DNA of 64,000 nucleotides from Octopus vulgaris (taxonomy: Eukaryota). Position 1 is the stretch's first letter; each line of letters starts with the position of its first letter. A model generated the notes under the pieces. The model worked only from the letters and a program-made list of their open reading frames with translations, did no database searches and was not told where the DNA came from. Made by a program: the position numbers and the translations under genes. The stretch is from positions 35,154,001 through 35,218,000 of the forward strand of contig OX597839.1 in the NCBI GenBank assembly GCA_951406725.2. The letters run 5' to 3'. Of the stretch, positions 1-12,473 are shown piece after piece.

Positions 1-97
1 TTCTATACTTCTGCTATTGTTTTTCCTGTTTTTAAAACCCTGCCCATTAATCCTGGGATTTGTTGCCCTGTCTGCACTTATTTCCTTTATTTTATTA

Positions 98-778
98 CTA
101 GCAGCATAGCCCAGCATTGCCCGGGTATGTAAGAAACTTTGTCGATAAGCAATGCCCTTTACCGTTTTACTCTGTTTTGTACTCATTGAACCATTATTTA
201 AAAAAAATATCGCAGAAAAATCAGTTTGCTATGTGTGCCACATACGATGTAATTAACCGATTTTTTTCCAGTAATAACGTATCCTATTGGAATAAAAAGG
301 GCCATATAGCTCCTTGGAGCAGACGTGATGCTCGCTGTGAATTTCAAAAAAAATTCCTGCCAATTTGTTAAAGATATTGTCGAAAATATGTCATCTTGAA
401 TTTGAATGCGATTTCCCAAAATGGCATGATTTTTTCGATTTTTTCTGATGGTAAGGTATTGCATGGAAAACTAACGTCAGAATTTAGTTCCTTAGGGTAA
501 CATTAAGCTTCACCATGAGTTTGGTGAAAATTGATTGCAAGTTGCGTAAACTACAACGGAAAATGTGTTGCATATGACAAGCTTAGATTCTCGACCCCAT
601 GTCCAATTTATCGATTTTTTTCAGAACTGGGGGCACTTTTCAAAATTTTCGCTGCGTTAGTTTCGAATTATGACATTGGGCTATGTATGTTTCAAGTTTC
701 ATCAGAATCGGTTGAAAGCCATGGTCAGGGTGAGGGTACAACCTGACAGACACACAGACTGCCTTTTATAAATATAGA
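98..778 (-). mobile_element. Non-autonomous Helitron-like element
   Basis: On the minus strand it starts TC and ends CTAG, with a GC-rich subterminal hairpin (CCCGGGCAATGCTGGG). It is absent from the paralogous copy of the flank at ~1406-1592. Confidence 0.75.
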
Positions 779-871
779 TATCATTTGTAGCTTTAGGTTT
801 TCTACTAAGTATTATATTTGGCTCATCTGTTATTCACAAGGTCTGTGATATTTTATTTTGTGCTTATACTC

Positions 872-1370
872 CTTACTCTTTTACTTGTTTCAGTCATTTG
901 ACTGCGGCCATGCTGGAGCACCGCCTTTAATCGAGCAACTCGGCCCCGGGACTTATTCTTTGTAAGCCCAGTACTTATTCTATCGGTCTCTTTTTTGCCG
1001 AACCGCTAAGTGACGGGGACATAAACACACCAGCATCGGTTGTCAAGCAATGCTAGGGGGACAAACACACACATATATATACATATATATACATATATAT
1101 ACTTGCCCATGATGCCACGCAGTGGGACTGAACCCGGAACCATGTGGTTGGTAAGCAAGCTACTTACCACACAGCCACTCCTGCGCCTATATATATACAT
1201 ATATATGACGGGCTTCTTTCAGTTTCCGTCTACCAAATCCACTCATAAGGCTTTGGTCGGCTCGAGGCTATATTAGAAGACACTTTCCCAAGGTGCCACG
1301 CAGTGGGACTGAACCCGGAACCATGTAGTTGGTAAGCAAGCTACTTACCACACAGCCACTCCTGCGCCTA
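872..1370 (-). mobile_element. tRNA-derived SINE family A (duplicated head)
   Basis: Head GGCGCAGGAGTGGCTGTGTGGTAAG...GGTTCAGTCCC (A/B boxes), CORE-like CCTTGGGCAAGT, internal (TA/CA)n, tail ...GACTGAAACAAGTAAAAGAG. About 15 further full or partial copies, e.g. 9733-10040, 13885-14252, 18461-18865, 29461-29850, 34590-35012, 41615-42013, 53460-53868, 54544-54945, 56782-57187. Confidence 0.85.
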
Positions 1371-1734
1371 TATCAGGTTTTTGAGTTTATTATTGATTTT
1401 AGTATTTCTATACTTCTGCTATAGTTTTTCCTGTTTTTAAAACCCTGCCCATTAATCCTGGGATTTATTGTCCTGTCTGTAATTATTTTCTTTATTTTTA
1501 TTATCATTTGTAAGCTTTAGGTTTTCTACTAAGTATTATATTTGGCTCATCTGTTATTCACAAGGTCTGTGATATTTTATTTTGTGCTTATATCCTGCTT
1601 TTAAATGAATTAAGGCTACCTTTGGTTTCATGCTCATGAAAGTAGGAACTAATGATAGTCTTAATACACAAATAAAGAAATTATATCCACCATTTTCATT
1701 GTTCAACTTTACACACACACACACCTATATATAC

Positions 1735-1978
1735 TGTTGTTTCAAGGGAGAGACATTATTTTTTTGTGCCCTATAATGTAATACACTCGCCGGTAAAATT
1801 TCCACTTATTTCTTATTTATATTTTCCTAAAATTTTTGTTGCGTCTTGCAACCTTTTCAAGAGTCTTGACTCTTACATTATAAGGCACAAAAAGAAAATG
1901 ACTCTCCCCAGACACAACAGAATATGCTTCAGCACACGAACTCACATAAAGAACCTTGCAAACCAAATCCCAAAACGA
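1735..1978. mobile_element. Penelope-like terminal repeat remnant, inverted two-part structure with decayed hammerhead (1827-1863, minus)
   Basis: 1872-1920 is approximately the reverse complement of 1735-1782. Same family at 19670-19800 and 36255-36585. The hammerhead GAAA is mutated to AAAA. Confidence 0.6.
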
Positions 1979-1979
1979 A

Positions 1980-2009
<30 letters not shown>

Positions 2010-2013
<4 letters not shown>

Positions 2014-2380
2014 AAAAAGATTCAAGCGAGGACATTGCCAGTACCGCCTGACTGGCCCCCGTGCCGTGGCACCTAAAAGGGCACCATTCGAGCATGATCG
2101 TTACCAACGTTGCCTTACTGGCACCTATCCCGGTGGCATGTGTAAAATGATTCAAGTGAGGTCGTTGCCAGTACCGCCTGACTGGCCCCTGTTCAGTGGC
2201 ACATAAAAAGCACCCACTACACTCTCGGAGTGGTTGGCATTAGGAAGGGCATCCAGCTGTAGAAACTCTGCCAGATCAAGATTGGAGCCTGGTGCAGCCT
2301 TCTGGTTCGCCAGCCCTCAGTCAAAATCGTCCAACCCATGCTAGCATTGAAAGCGGACATTAAACGATGATGATGATGAT
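2010..2380 (+). mobile_element. RTE-LINE 3' UTR-derived short retroposon (family C)
   Basis: ~60-bp internal repeats (GGTGGCACGTAAAAAGCACC...), then GGTTGGCGTTAGGAAGGGCATCCAGCTGTAGAAAC...GGACGTTAAACGATGATG tail. More than 10 copies, e.g. 3140-3470, 12797-13100, 19873-20183, 21141-21360, 30138-30363, 47210-47543, 58558-59113, 62160-63103. Confidence 0.8.
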
Positions 2381-2859
2381 ATATGTGTGTGTGTGTATAC
2401 ATGTGTCTGTGTTTGTCCCCTGCCATCGCTTGACAACTAACATCGGTGTGCTTATGTCTCCATAACATAGCGGTTTGGCAAAAGAGATCGATAGAATAAG
2501 TTCTTGGCTTACAAAGAATAAGTCCTGGGGTCGTTTCTTCAATTAAGAACCCTTTAAGTTGGAACTCCAGCATGGCCACAGTCAAAAGACTGAAACGAAT
2601 AAAAGAATTTCATGACAAGGAGTAAAAAAAATTATAAATGTAAAAAAATGTTACAATTTTTCAAATTTGGTGGAATTATTTCTATATTGAATCGAATAAG
2701 CTGATGTCTTGGAGGCAGGCAAGTGATCTAGTGGTTTGCAAATTCAGCTCATAAGTGTCATGTTGTGGGTTCTTTTCCTGGACTGGGTGGTGTGTTCTAT
2801 CCTTGATCAAGGCAATTCATTCCACATTGCTCCAGTCCATTCTGCTGAAAATAGGTACC

Positions 2860-3085
2860 TATTTCTTTATTACCCACAAGGGGGCTAAACACAGAGGGGA
2901 CAAACAAGGACAGACATAGGTATTAAGTCGATTACATCGACCCCAGTGCGTAACTGGTACTTAATTTATCGACCCCGAAAGGATGAAAGGCAAAGTCGAC
3001 CTCGGCGGAATTTGAACTCACAATGTAACGCAGACGAAATACCGCTAAGCATTTCGCGCGGCATGCTAACGTTTCTGCCAGCTCG
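2860..3085 (-). mobile_element. tRNA-derived SINE family B
   Basis: Head GGCGGCGAGCTGGCAGAA...GAGTTCAAATTCC, central GCCTTTCATCCTTTCGGGGTCGATAAATTAAGTACCAG, tail AGCCCCTTGTGGGTAGTAAAGAAATA. More than 20 copies across the window. Confidence 0.85.
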
Positions 3086-5653
3086 CAGAATAAGTACCAG
3101 CTGAGTGTTGGCACAGCTCTCCCCATCTCTCCCTCTGCAGACGGGCTCCCGGGCCAGTGGCATGTAAAAAGCACCGACCAAACATGGCTGATGTCAATAC
3201 CCCTGATTGGCTCTTGTGCCGGTGGCATGTAAAAAGCACCATCCAAACATGATCAATGCCAGCACCGCCTGACTGGCTCCTGTGCCAGTGGCACATAAAA
3301 AGCACACTACTCTCTCGGAGTGGTTGGCGTTAGGAAGGGCATCCAGCTGTAGAAACTCTGCCAGATCAAGATTGGAGCCTGGTGCTGCTGCTGGCTCTCC
3401 GGACCTCATTCAAACCATCCAAGCCATGCAGGCATGGAAAACGGACATTAAACGATGATGATGATGATGATAATGTTGCGAGCTCTTTTCCTCATGGTAA
3501 CTAAAAGCTATGAATAGGTTGGAAAAACCTTCCATATCTTCAGCAGGTATCTCATGGTCACAAACAGCCTCTTATCCTGATTGGCTGAGAAGAGTGAAAT
3601 AAACAGTACAGAAAAATTATGGACTCATATCTAAGCACAAGGCCGGCAATTTCAAGGAGAGTGGACGGGGGGGGGGGTTCAATTACATTGACCTCTGCTA
3701 CTCAACTGGTACTTATTTTATTGATCTCAAAAGGATGACAGGCAAAGGTGACCTTGGCAGAATTTGAACTCAGAATATAAAAACAGACGAAATGCTAACG
3801 ATTCTACCCACTCAAAGTAATAAAAATGCCAGCAATTTTCGGTGGTCGGGGTGTGGCCAAGGCTACCTGACTGGTATATAATAAACACCATTTGAGCATG
3901 GTTGATGCCAGTGCCACCTGACTGGCTCCCATGCCTGTGACATGTAAAAAGCACCCACTACACACTTGGAGTGGTTGACGTTAGGAAGGGCATCCAACAG
4001 TAGAAACGTTGCCAAATCAGATTGGAGCCTGGTGCAGCCTCCCAGCTTGCTAGTCCTCAATCAAACTGTCAAACCCATGCCAGCATGGAAAGCAGACGTT
4101 AAATGATGATGACGATTGACCCCCACCCCCATCACTCAACTGGTATCATTTTATCAATCATCAAAAGGGATGAAAGGCAAAGTCGGCCCCGGTGGAATTT
4201 GAACTCAAAACATAAAGACTGGCAAATCATTTTGCCTGGCAATTCTACCAGTTCAAAATAATAGAAATGAAGAAAAAAATAGTTAATTAAACAAAAGAGG
4301 ATCTCCCCTCTCCCCCACAAATCGCAAGAGCTACTTTCGGATATTGCCAGCTCTTCTGATGGAGACAAACGTTATGAAAATGTCAGGAACCCTTTTGAAT
4401 CATCAGCCGATATCTGAGAGTCACTAGCATTTCGCCCCTTAGCGTTATACTTCGTCTGAGTGGGTTAACGAGGACTGAATTAGTCTTCGCCTGCAGAAGG
4501 GTACGAACTACAACCACCTAGAGCTGCTTTTAATTGCTGTAGCCATCTCCTTGCTGGTTGGTTTCAATATATATTTCATAGAACTACGCACTCAATATAT
4601 ACTTTCACTTTATAGAAGTAAAAAAACAAAAATGTAAAGCAATCAGCTTCGCTGCTTGGCAAAATCGTAATCTCCGTTGCTGAAAACAGGAATCCGTAGG
4701 AAATTTTGAGTGAAAGAAAGAGAGAGAGAGAGAGAAAGAACTTTTTAACGCGTTCGCTTGGACATTACCGAAAAAGCGCCTTAATACATTACACAAATGC
4801 TTTCTGAGATATCGATATACGAAGCATTACTGTTTCTTAAAGAATTTAAGGAATTTCGAGTTTGTTTTGTGTTGCTTTTCTCTTCCTGGTGTATCTCTGT
4901 ATTTCTTTTCGAGTTTTCACGCCGCTAATGTAAAGAATTACCTTCACTGATTTGTATATCTTGCTGTAAAAAAAAAAATGCATTATTAAATATTCATATA
5001 TGAAACATTTCTGTTTGTTTATTTTAAAAAACAATGTTCATATATATCCTGTGCTGTTTCTGCTTTATTTAATTTATTTTTACGATTTTTTTTTGGTTTT
5101 GTTTTCATTTTCGGGTTTTGTCTTTCAATTTAGGCCGCTCATGTAAAAGGTCACACCCACTGATTTACCTGTCATCGCGCACGATTTTCCACGAAAACAG
5201 CTTTTCCTTATCGTTGCTGTCAGATATTGGTTGCTTCAGTAAATTTAAATTTCTCGTCTCGTGTCCCAAAACACTGAACAAACTTCTGCTGTACAAATCA
5301 CGCCACGAGGGAAAACCCAGTTTACATTTTTAAAGTCCAGTGCAGACACGTTTACAGACTAACTAGAAATCTGCGAAAATAGATCAGTGCTTTATAAAAC
5401 GACCACGCTCCACTTTTATTTATTAAGGACAGGATAAGTGTTATGTATCGTGGCTGCTTTTTTTTTGTTTGTTTTAGCGACCGAACACAACGAAGTTTCT
5501 TTTGCAAGTGGAAAAGACAGCGAAATCGTGTCAGATTCCCGCCACTAAGTTATTGCAATAATATATATATATATATATATATAGTATAAAAACATTCTTG
5601 CAATAGTTGCGCTTGTTTCATGAACATTTTAAAAACTTTAATTCATTATTTGC

Positions 5654-5685
<32 letters not shown>

Positions 5686-5689
5686 GTCG

Positions 5690-5721
<32 letters not shown>

Positions 5722-6420
5722 GTCTATCTATCTATCTATCTATCTATCCATCTGTCAATCTATCTATCTATCTATCTATCTGTCGATCTATCTATCTATC
5801 TGTCGATCTATCTATCTATCTGTCTATCTATCTATCTATCTATCTATCTATCCATCTGTCAATCTATCTATCTATCTATCCATCTGTCAATCTATCTATC
5901 TATCTATCTATCTGTCAATCTATCTATCTATCTATCATCCTATCTATTTGTCTGTCTATCTTTCTCTTCCCTCTCTCTCTCAGCTCTTTCTTCCCCTTCC
6001 CTCTCAGCTCTGGCTCTCTCTTTTTTTCTCTCTCAATTCTCTTCTCTCTCTATCTTTCTCACCTTTGTCCTCCTTTCTCTGTTTCTCTCTCTCTCTCTTT
6101 CCCATCTCTCTCCCCTTCTCTCACTGCTCTTCTCTCTCTCTCCCTCCTCGCCAACCCCCTGGCATTTTTAAAACTTTAATTCATTATTTGCCTGTATCTA
6201 TCTATCTTTCTCTCTCCCCTCTCTCTCTCTCAGCTCTTTCTTCCCCTTCCCTCTCAGCTCTGGCTCTCCCTCTTTTTCTCTCTCTCAGCTCTCTTCCCTC
6301 TCTCTCTTTCACCTTTGTCCTCCTTTCTCTGTTTTTCTCTCTCTCTCTCTCTCTCTCTCTTGTTCCAATTTCTCTTCCCTTCTCTCACTGCTCTTCTCTC
6401 TCTCTCTCTCTCCCTCCCTC
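5654..6420. repeat. (ATCT)n and (CT)-rich microsatellite block with ~240-bp internal duplication
   Basis: Direct inspection. CATTTTTAAAACTTTAATTCATTATTTGC occurs at ~5625 and ~6163. Confidence 0.9.
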
Positions 6421-7239
6421 CCCGCCAACCCACTGACATTTTCTTATTCGCATGGAAACCACTTCACAATAAATTTCAGCAATTGTCAAATAAAAAGTTG
6501 TCCTTCCAACAACAACTGACATCTTTCAGTCTCCGTCATTGATTCGAAACTAAACTAATAATTAACAACCAGGCTGGAAGTGCTCAATCAAGACACATTT
6601 TTTTTTTAAACTCCTAAAGCACTTGAACCAACAAAGACGACCCTTGACATCAATATACTCTGTTTTATACACAGTTTATAATGAACAATACACTTTATTA
6701 TATAGATAGGGGTTAACACGTGAGAAAACTACAGTAAATTTGTGACGTGCAGAATATTGTTATACACACCGTATGGAATACACGGGACGTATATATATAT
6801 ATATATATTTCTTTACTACCCACAAGGAGCTAAACACAGAGGGAACAAACAAGGACAGACAAAGGGATTAAGTCGATTACATCAACCCCAGTGCGTAACT
6901 GGTACTTAATTTATCGACCCACGAAAGGATGAAAGGCAAAGTCGACCTCGGCGGAATTTGAACTCGGAACGTAACGACAGACGAAATACACCCTGTGTGT
7001 ATATAAAGTATATGAAGCATTAAAATATCTTAGACAAATACGGTTAAATACGAGTTTGATTAATGATTTGTTGTGCTTCTGAGGCGTAAAATTTCAAATA
7101 TGTTGAGTGGGAATAATGATTCCTGATTGAGAGTAACGACGCCTGCAATTTTAAAAGGAAGGGTTGCGCGATCAAATCGAACCCTGGTACCCTGTTTTAT
7201 CGATCTCCGAAAAAAAAGAAGAAAAAAAATGAAATATAA

Positions 7240-7690
7240 AGTTGACCTCAGCTGGATTTGAACTTGGAATGTAAAGAATCAGAATGACTACGGCAGTAAT
7301 ATTATAATAGAAAACGAAGCAAAGTCGGCCTCGGCTGGAATTGAACTCGGAATGTAAAGAATCAGAAAGACTACGGCAGTAATAATAGAAAACGAAGCAA
7401 AGTCGGCCTCGGCTGGATTTGAACTCGGAATGTAAAGAATCAGAAAGACTACAGCAGTAATATTATAATAGAAAACGAAGCAAAGTCGGCCTCGACTGGA
7501 TTTGAACTCGGAATGTAAAGAATCAGAAAGACTACGGCAGTAATATTATAATAGAAAACAAAGCCAAGTCGGCCTCGGCTGGAATTGAACTTGGGATGTA
7601 AAGAACTGGAGTGACTACAGGCAATGATGTAGATAAAGCTGTGCTTAACCACGGCGAGATTTGAACTCATGATGTAAAAAGACGAACAGT
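7240..7690 (-). repeat. ~80-bp tandem repeat derived from SINE-B B-box region (5-6 units)
   Basis: Repeated AAAGTCGGCCTCGGCTGGATTTGAACTCGGAATGTAAAGAATCAGAAAGACTACGGCAGTAAT. Confidence 0.85.
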
Positions 7691-8034
7691 ACTTCATTTC
7701 TTAAAACGATGCATTTGAAGGAAGAGAGAACCTGTCTCTCGTAACTGTTGTAGACTCATTATTTCTTCCATCGCCACGAAGCGAGTAGTGCTTGTGTTTT
7801 TGCGTAATTTAATTTAATTAATGGACCACTGAACTAAACAGCAGACACCGTATGTAAACCTTTTATTATTAATTAATTAATTAATTAATTAATTAAATGA
7901 TTAATTATAAAAACCTTTATTATTATTGTTATCTTTTCGCTCAACTTTCTTTACACCACTTCCTACTTCTGTTTGGGGCGATTTTGTACTATAGCGTACC
8001 GTTTTCACTTCTTTATCAAGATTGACGTTTGTAC

Positions 8035-8035
<1 letters not shown>

Positions 8036-8110
<75 letters not shown>

Positions 8111-8369
8111 TATGATAATATATATATATATGATGTATGATAATATATATATATATATATATGATGTATGATAATATATATATATATATATATGATGTAT
8201 GATATATATATATATATATATATGATGTATGATAATATATATATGATGTATGATAATATATATATATATATATGTATGATATATATATATATGATGTATG
8301 ATAATATATATATATATATGTATGATATATATATATATATATATGATATATATATATATATATGATGTA

Positions 8370-8405
<36 letters not shown>

Positions 8406-8739
8406 TATGAGATATATATATGTGATGTATGATATATATATATGATGTATGAGATATATATATGTGATGTATGATATATATATATATATATATATATATG
8501 ATGTATGAGATATATATATATATGTGATGTATGATATATATATATATATATATATGTATGATATATATATATATATATATATATATGATGTATGATATAT
8601 ATATATATATGATGTATGATATATATATATATATGATGTTTGATATATATATATATATGATATGATATATATATATATATGATGTATGATATATATATAT
8701 ATGTGATGTATGATATATATATATATATATATATATGTA

Positions 8740-8777
<38 letters not shown>

Positions 8778-8790
8778 TATAATATATAAA
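8036..8790. repeat. (CT)n / (TA)n-GATGTATGA compound microsatellite
   Basis: Direct inspection. Confidence 0.95.
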
Positions 8791-9151
8791 TTAGAGATAA
8801 AACCACTATTATGCAACTCAAACAGTGATAGACATAAACCAATACATAAATAACAAATAATATATATTTTTATAAAACATAACTTAAAACTAGATCGCAA
8901 AAAGTATAAAAAGTATACATGTGTGTGTGTATGTATGTATATGAGTATATATATATATGAGTATATATATATATGTGTGTATATATATATATCAGTGATT
9001 TGGTTTTTCCCACTTAGAGATCACAAAAAACGTCGGGCACGGTACAGGACGATCCAATGTGGTGCTAACTATAAAATTATAACAATGGATAATTCCTAGG
9101 ATTGCTCATGGAGACCCCACAAAACCACGGTTGCCCTGATATGTAGAACAA

Positions 9152-9202
<51 letters not shown>

Positions 9203-10189
9203 CGACCTCCTTCAACCTACAGGCGCATGCATGGAATACGCCCGTTCCCTCAGACCGTTCTTGCAACATTCACCCACCTGTTCACAAAATTGCATTTCCC
9301 TCTCTACCCTTCACCTTCCTTTTCAGGTGAAACTTGGAAAGTCGACGGGGGGGGTTTGGCCAAAGTGGAAAGTATCCGTCTTCGGCCCTTTCAGTCTGGC
9401 CCACCACACAGCTTCTTTCGCTGAAGCCAGACAAATATATGGTGCCTGGAGAAAGTGAAGAGTACGTGCCCCCCCCCCCCGTGTCTAGGGTTAGGGTTTT
9501 TGTTCCGCTGAAAATGGGCGGTGTACGTATTCTTTACCTCCGCCCCCCCCCCCACTACCTTTCCTTCACATCAGCTGCATGACGTTCTTTACAATGCAAT
9601 CGGCCCATAACCGGATCCGTCCTACAGGTAACAGCAGGTGTTCGACATAAACCCACGAAATGTACCCCCCGACCTCCCAATTTGTTTCCACGTGACTTTC
9701 AGATAAATGAATATTTTTTAAGGAAATATTCTAGGCACAGGAGTGGCTGTGTGGTAAGTAGCTTGCTAACCAACCACATGGTTCCGAGTTCAGTCCCACT
9801 ACGTGGCACTTTGGGCAAGTGTCTTCTGCTATAGCCCCGGGCCGACCAATGCCTTGTGAGTGGATTTGGTAGACGGAAACTGAAAGAAGCCCATCGTATG
9901 TATGTATATATATATATGTATGTGTTTGTGTTTGTCCCCCTAGCATTGCTTGACAATCGATGCTGGTGTGTTTACGACCCTGTCACTTAGCGGTTTGGCA
10001 AAAAGAGACCGATATAATAAGTATTAGGCTTACAAAGAATAATTATTTCAAATTTTTGCCTTGTGGGGATGAGTCGATTACATTGACCCTTCGCCCCATA
10101 TTCAACTGGTACTCATTTTATCAACCCCGGAAGGATAAAAAGCAAAGTCGACCTCGACAGAATTTGAACTCAGAATGTAACGACAGGCG

Positions 10190-10600
10190 AAATACCTATT
10201 TCTTTACTACCCACAAGGGGCTAAACACAGAGGGGACAAAGAAGGACAGACAAACGGATTAAGTGAATTACATAGACCCCAGTGCGTAACTGGTACTTAT
10301 TTAATTGACCCCAAAAGGATGAAAGGCAAAGTCAACCTCAGCGAAATTTGAACTCAGAACGTAGCAGTAGACGAAATACCTATTTCTTTACTACCCACAA
10401 GGGGCTAAACACAGAGAGGACAAACAAGGACAGACAAATGGATTAAGTCGATTATATCGACCCCAGTGCGTAACTGGTACTTATTTAATTGACCCTGAAA
10501 GGATGAAAGGCAAAGTCGACCTCGGCGGAATTTGAACTCAGAACGTAACGGCAGACGAAATACCGGTAAGCATTTCACCCGGCGTGCTAACGATTCTACC
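10190..10600 (-). mobile_element. Head-to-tail SINE-B tandem
   Basis: Two complete bodies plus a partial one, joined at GAAATA/GGTATTTC. Confidence 0.8.
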
Positions 10601-11085
10601 AGGACAGAAACCATGTTGCATGTCTGTAAGCAAGTCCGTTTCCTCTAGGAACGTGGTCACAGTCTTTCTCTGACAATGCGTTCCATGATCTTGCTGGCAC
10701 GTGAGGTCAGTGAGATGGGTCCGTAGTTTATAGCACATCTGCTCTGATTCCTTCTTTTAACGTTTGAAGGAAACGTACGGCATTCAAGGGAACTCTGGAA
10801 AAGCATTTGCAGTGGTTTTGCCAGAGCTTTCTTGCATGTTTTTAACAGAATAGCTGGGAGCCCATCGGGGCCTGTTGCCGAGTTTGGGTTTATCTCGTCA
10901 ACGGCCGACAATACATCCTCTTCTATAATGTCAATGTAATTGATGGTTACCTTTTTCTCTTGTAGATTAGAGGTGTTGAAGAACTCGCCAGGTCTGCTTA
11001 TTTTCATGTTGATTAGTGGGGAGGTGAAAACACTTTGGAATTGTTTATTGAGTGCTTCACTTATCCTCTTGGCGTCTGCAGTCAC
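10600..11085 (-). pseudogene. LINE (CR1/Jockey-group) ORF2 reverse-transcriptase fragment, frameshifted
   Basis: LNKQFQSVFT...NSATGPDGLPAILLK...LAKPLQMLFQSSL...NYGPISLTSRASKIMERIV, continuing in another frame as ...LLTDMQHGF. Confidence 0.9.
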
Positions 11086-11135
11086 ACTAAGCCCTTTTCA
11101 TCAAACAGTAAACCTATCCTGTATGGATGTTTAAA

Positions 11136-11523
11136 TCTTTATATATAAAAGTGAAGTTGTGTGTCTGTCTCCTACGGTTTAGATTCCTAACTACTCCCAC
11201 ATTTTGCGGTGCAGTTTAACCAAAACCGGGTATCTTATAGTCGTAATTCATATTGAGCCCTTCGGGGTATTAGCGCACGTCTACGATTTAAAAAAAAATT
11301 TACCATCATTTTTTTCCATTTTAATGCATTTTTTTCGCTATTATATAAGGGAAGTAACTCTCTATAAATGTCTACGATGAGTCAACGATTTTAAAAAAAA
11401 TTTACCATCATTTGTTCTCCATTTTTGATGCATTTTTAATGCATTTTTTTGCTATAACTCTCTAAAAATGCTTATATAGTTATTTCCCTTACAAACCCGA
11501 GCAATGCCGGGCGATACTGCTAG
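11136..11523 (+). mobile_element. Non-autonomous Helitron
   Basis: A|TC ... CCCGAGCAATGCCGGG hairpin ... CTAG|T, no TSD. Related copies at 11932-12448 (minus) and 17120-17414 (+). Confidence 0.8.
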
Positions 11524-11734
11524 TAAAATATATTTGTTATATGTAGTAGATATAAGGACCAATTCCAGGGGGACCTATTATTGACTTTTTTTTCAACAAT
11601 CTAAGTATGTCACGAGGTTTCCAGTTCTACTCACGAATCAAATTTCATAAAAATTCATAAAACAATGTAGAAGGAGTTAGATAACAATGCCAGAAACAAA
11701 CACACCCCCAGACAGAATTTGCCACATATGTAGT

Positions 11735-11767
<33 letters not shown>

Positions 11768-11849
11768 ACAATTGCAGTGTGGAAGGTGTTTGTAAGCCAT
11801 TTAAGAAACACACAAAAACTGTTCGATTCACTTCAACATTTAAATTTAA

Positions 11850-11900
11850 TTTGTCAAAATATTTTCGTCGCTTTGAGACCGCGACCTGTTCACTGACAAA
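11850..11900 (-). ncRNA. Minimal type-I hammerhead ribozyme motif, G3:C8 core variant
   Basis: Minus strand: TTTGTCA GTGAACA G GTCGC GGTCTCAAA GCGAC GAAA ATAT TT TGACAAA. 7-bp stem I, 5-bp stem II, palindromic stem III. Confidence 0.72.
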
Positions 11901-11931
11901 ACTTCGTGCTGCATCACTTTTTATTTATATA

Positions 11932-12448
11932 CTAGCAGTATCGCCCGGCGTTGCTCGGGTTTGTAAGGGAAATAACTATATAAGCATTTTTAGAGAGTTA
12001 CTTCCTTTATAGATGCCAATTCGGGCTTTCTTAGCCATTTCTGTTTTGGTGTCTTCAAGCCATGAAGTCGTTGTTCTAAAAGAACGCTGGTCTCCTTGAC
12101 AACGCATTACGACGTTGATTTCCTTAAACTCCCTTCCCCACAGCTTCACGAGGGAGGGAAGAAGGGGGAGAAACAAACACAGGTGCAGGTGTTTGAGCGT
12201 GGACGCCAACTCCGCCGCCATCGACACAAGAAAAATTATGCATTAAAATGGAATAAAAAATGATGTTAAATTATTTTTTAAATCGTAGACTCATCGTAGA
12301 CGCGCGCTAATAGCCAGACGGGCTCGATATGAATCACGACTATAAGATACCCGAATTTGGTTAAACTGCACCTCAAAATGTGGGAGGAGTTAAGAATCTA
12401 AATCGTAGGAGACAGACACTCACACAACTACAGTTTTATATATATAGA
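11932..12448 (-). mobile_element. Non-autonomous Helitron
   Basis: TC...CTAG termini on the minus strand, same hairpin and internal motifs as 11136-11523. Confidence 0.8.
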
Positions 12449-12473
12449 TATATATATATATATACATATATGT

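Noticed and set aside
4370-4550. Minus-strand coding exon starting at ATG near 4548
   Set aside because: Stop after 12 codons; the other frames close quickly and show no recognisable motif.
7960-8030. Possible hammerhead on the minus strand (TTGATAA...GTAC GCTATA GTAC AAAA)
   Set aside because: No GAAA and no consistent stem I.
7901-8900. ~300-aa Ile/Tyr/His ORFs (similar at 5607-6436, 21150-21840, 26335-26805, 34066-34665, 35348-36037, 52088-52747, 60315-61014)
   Set aside because: Microsatellite translations.
9484-9498. Telomere-like TAGGGTTAGGG (also CCCTAACCCTAA near 57829)
   Set aside because: Only two units, inside interspersed repeats.
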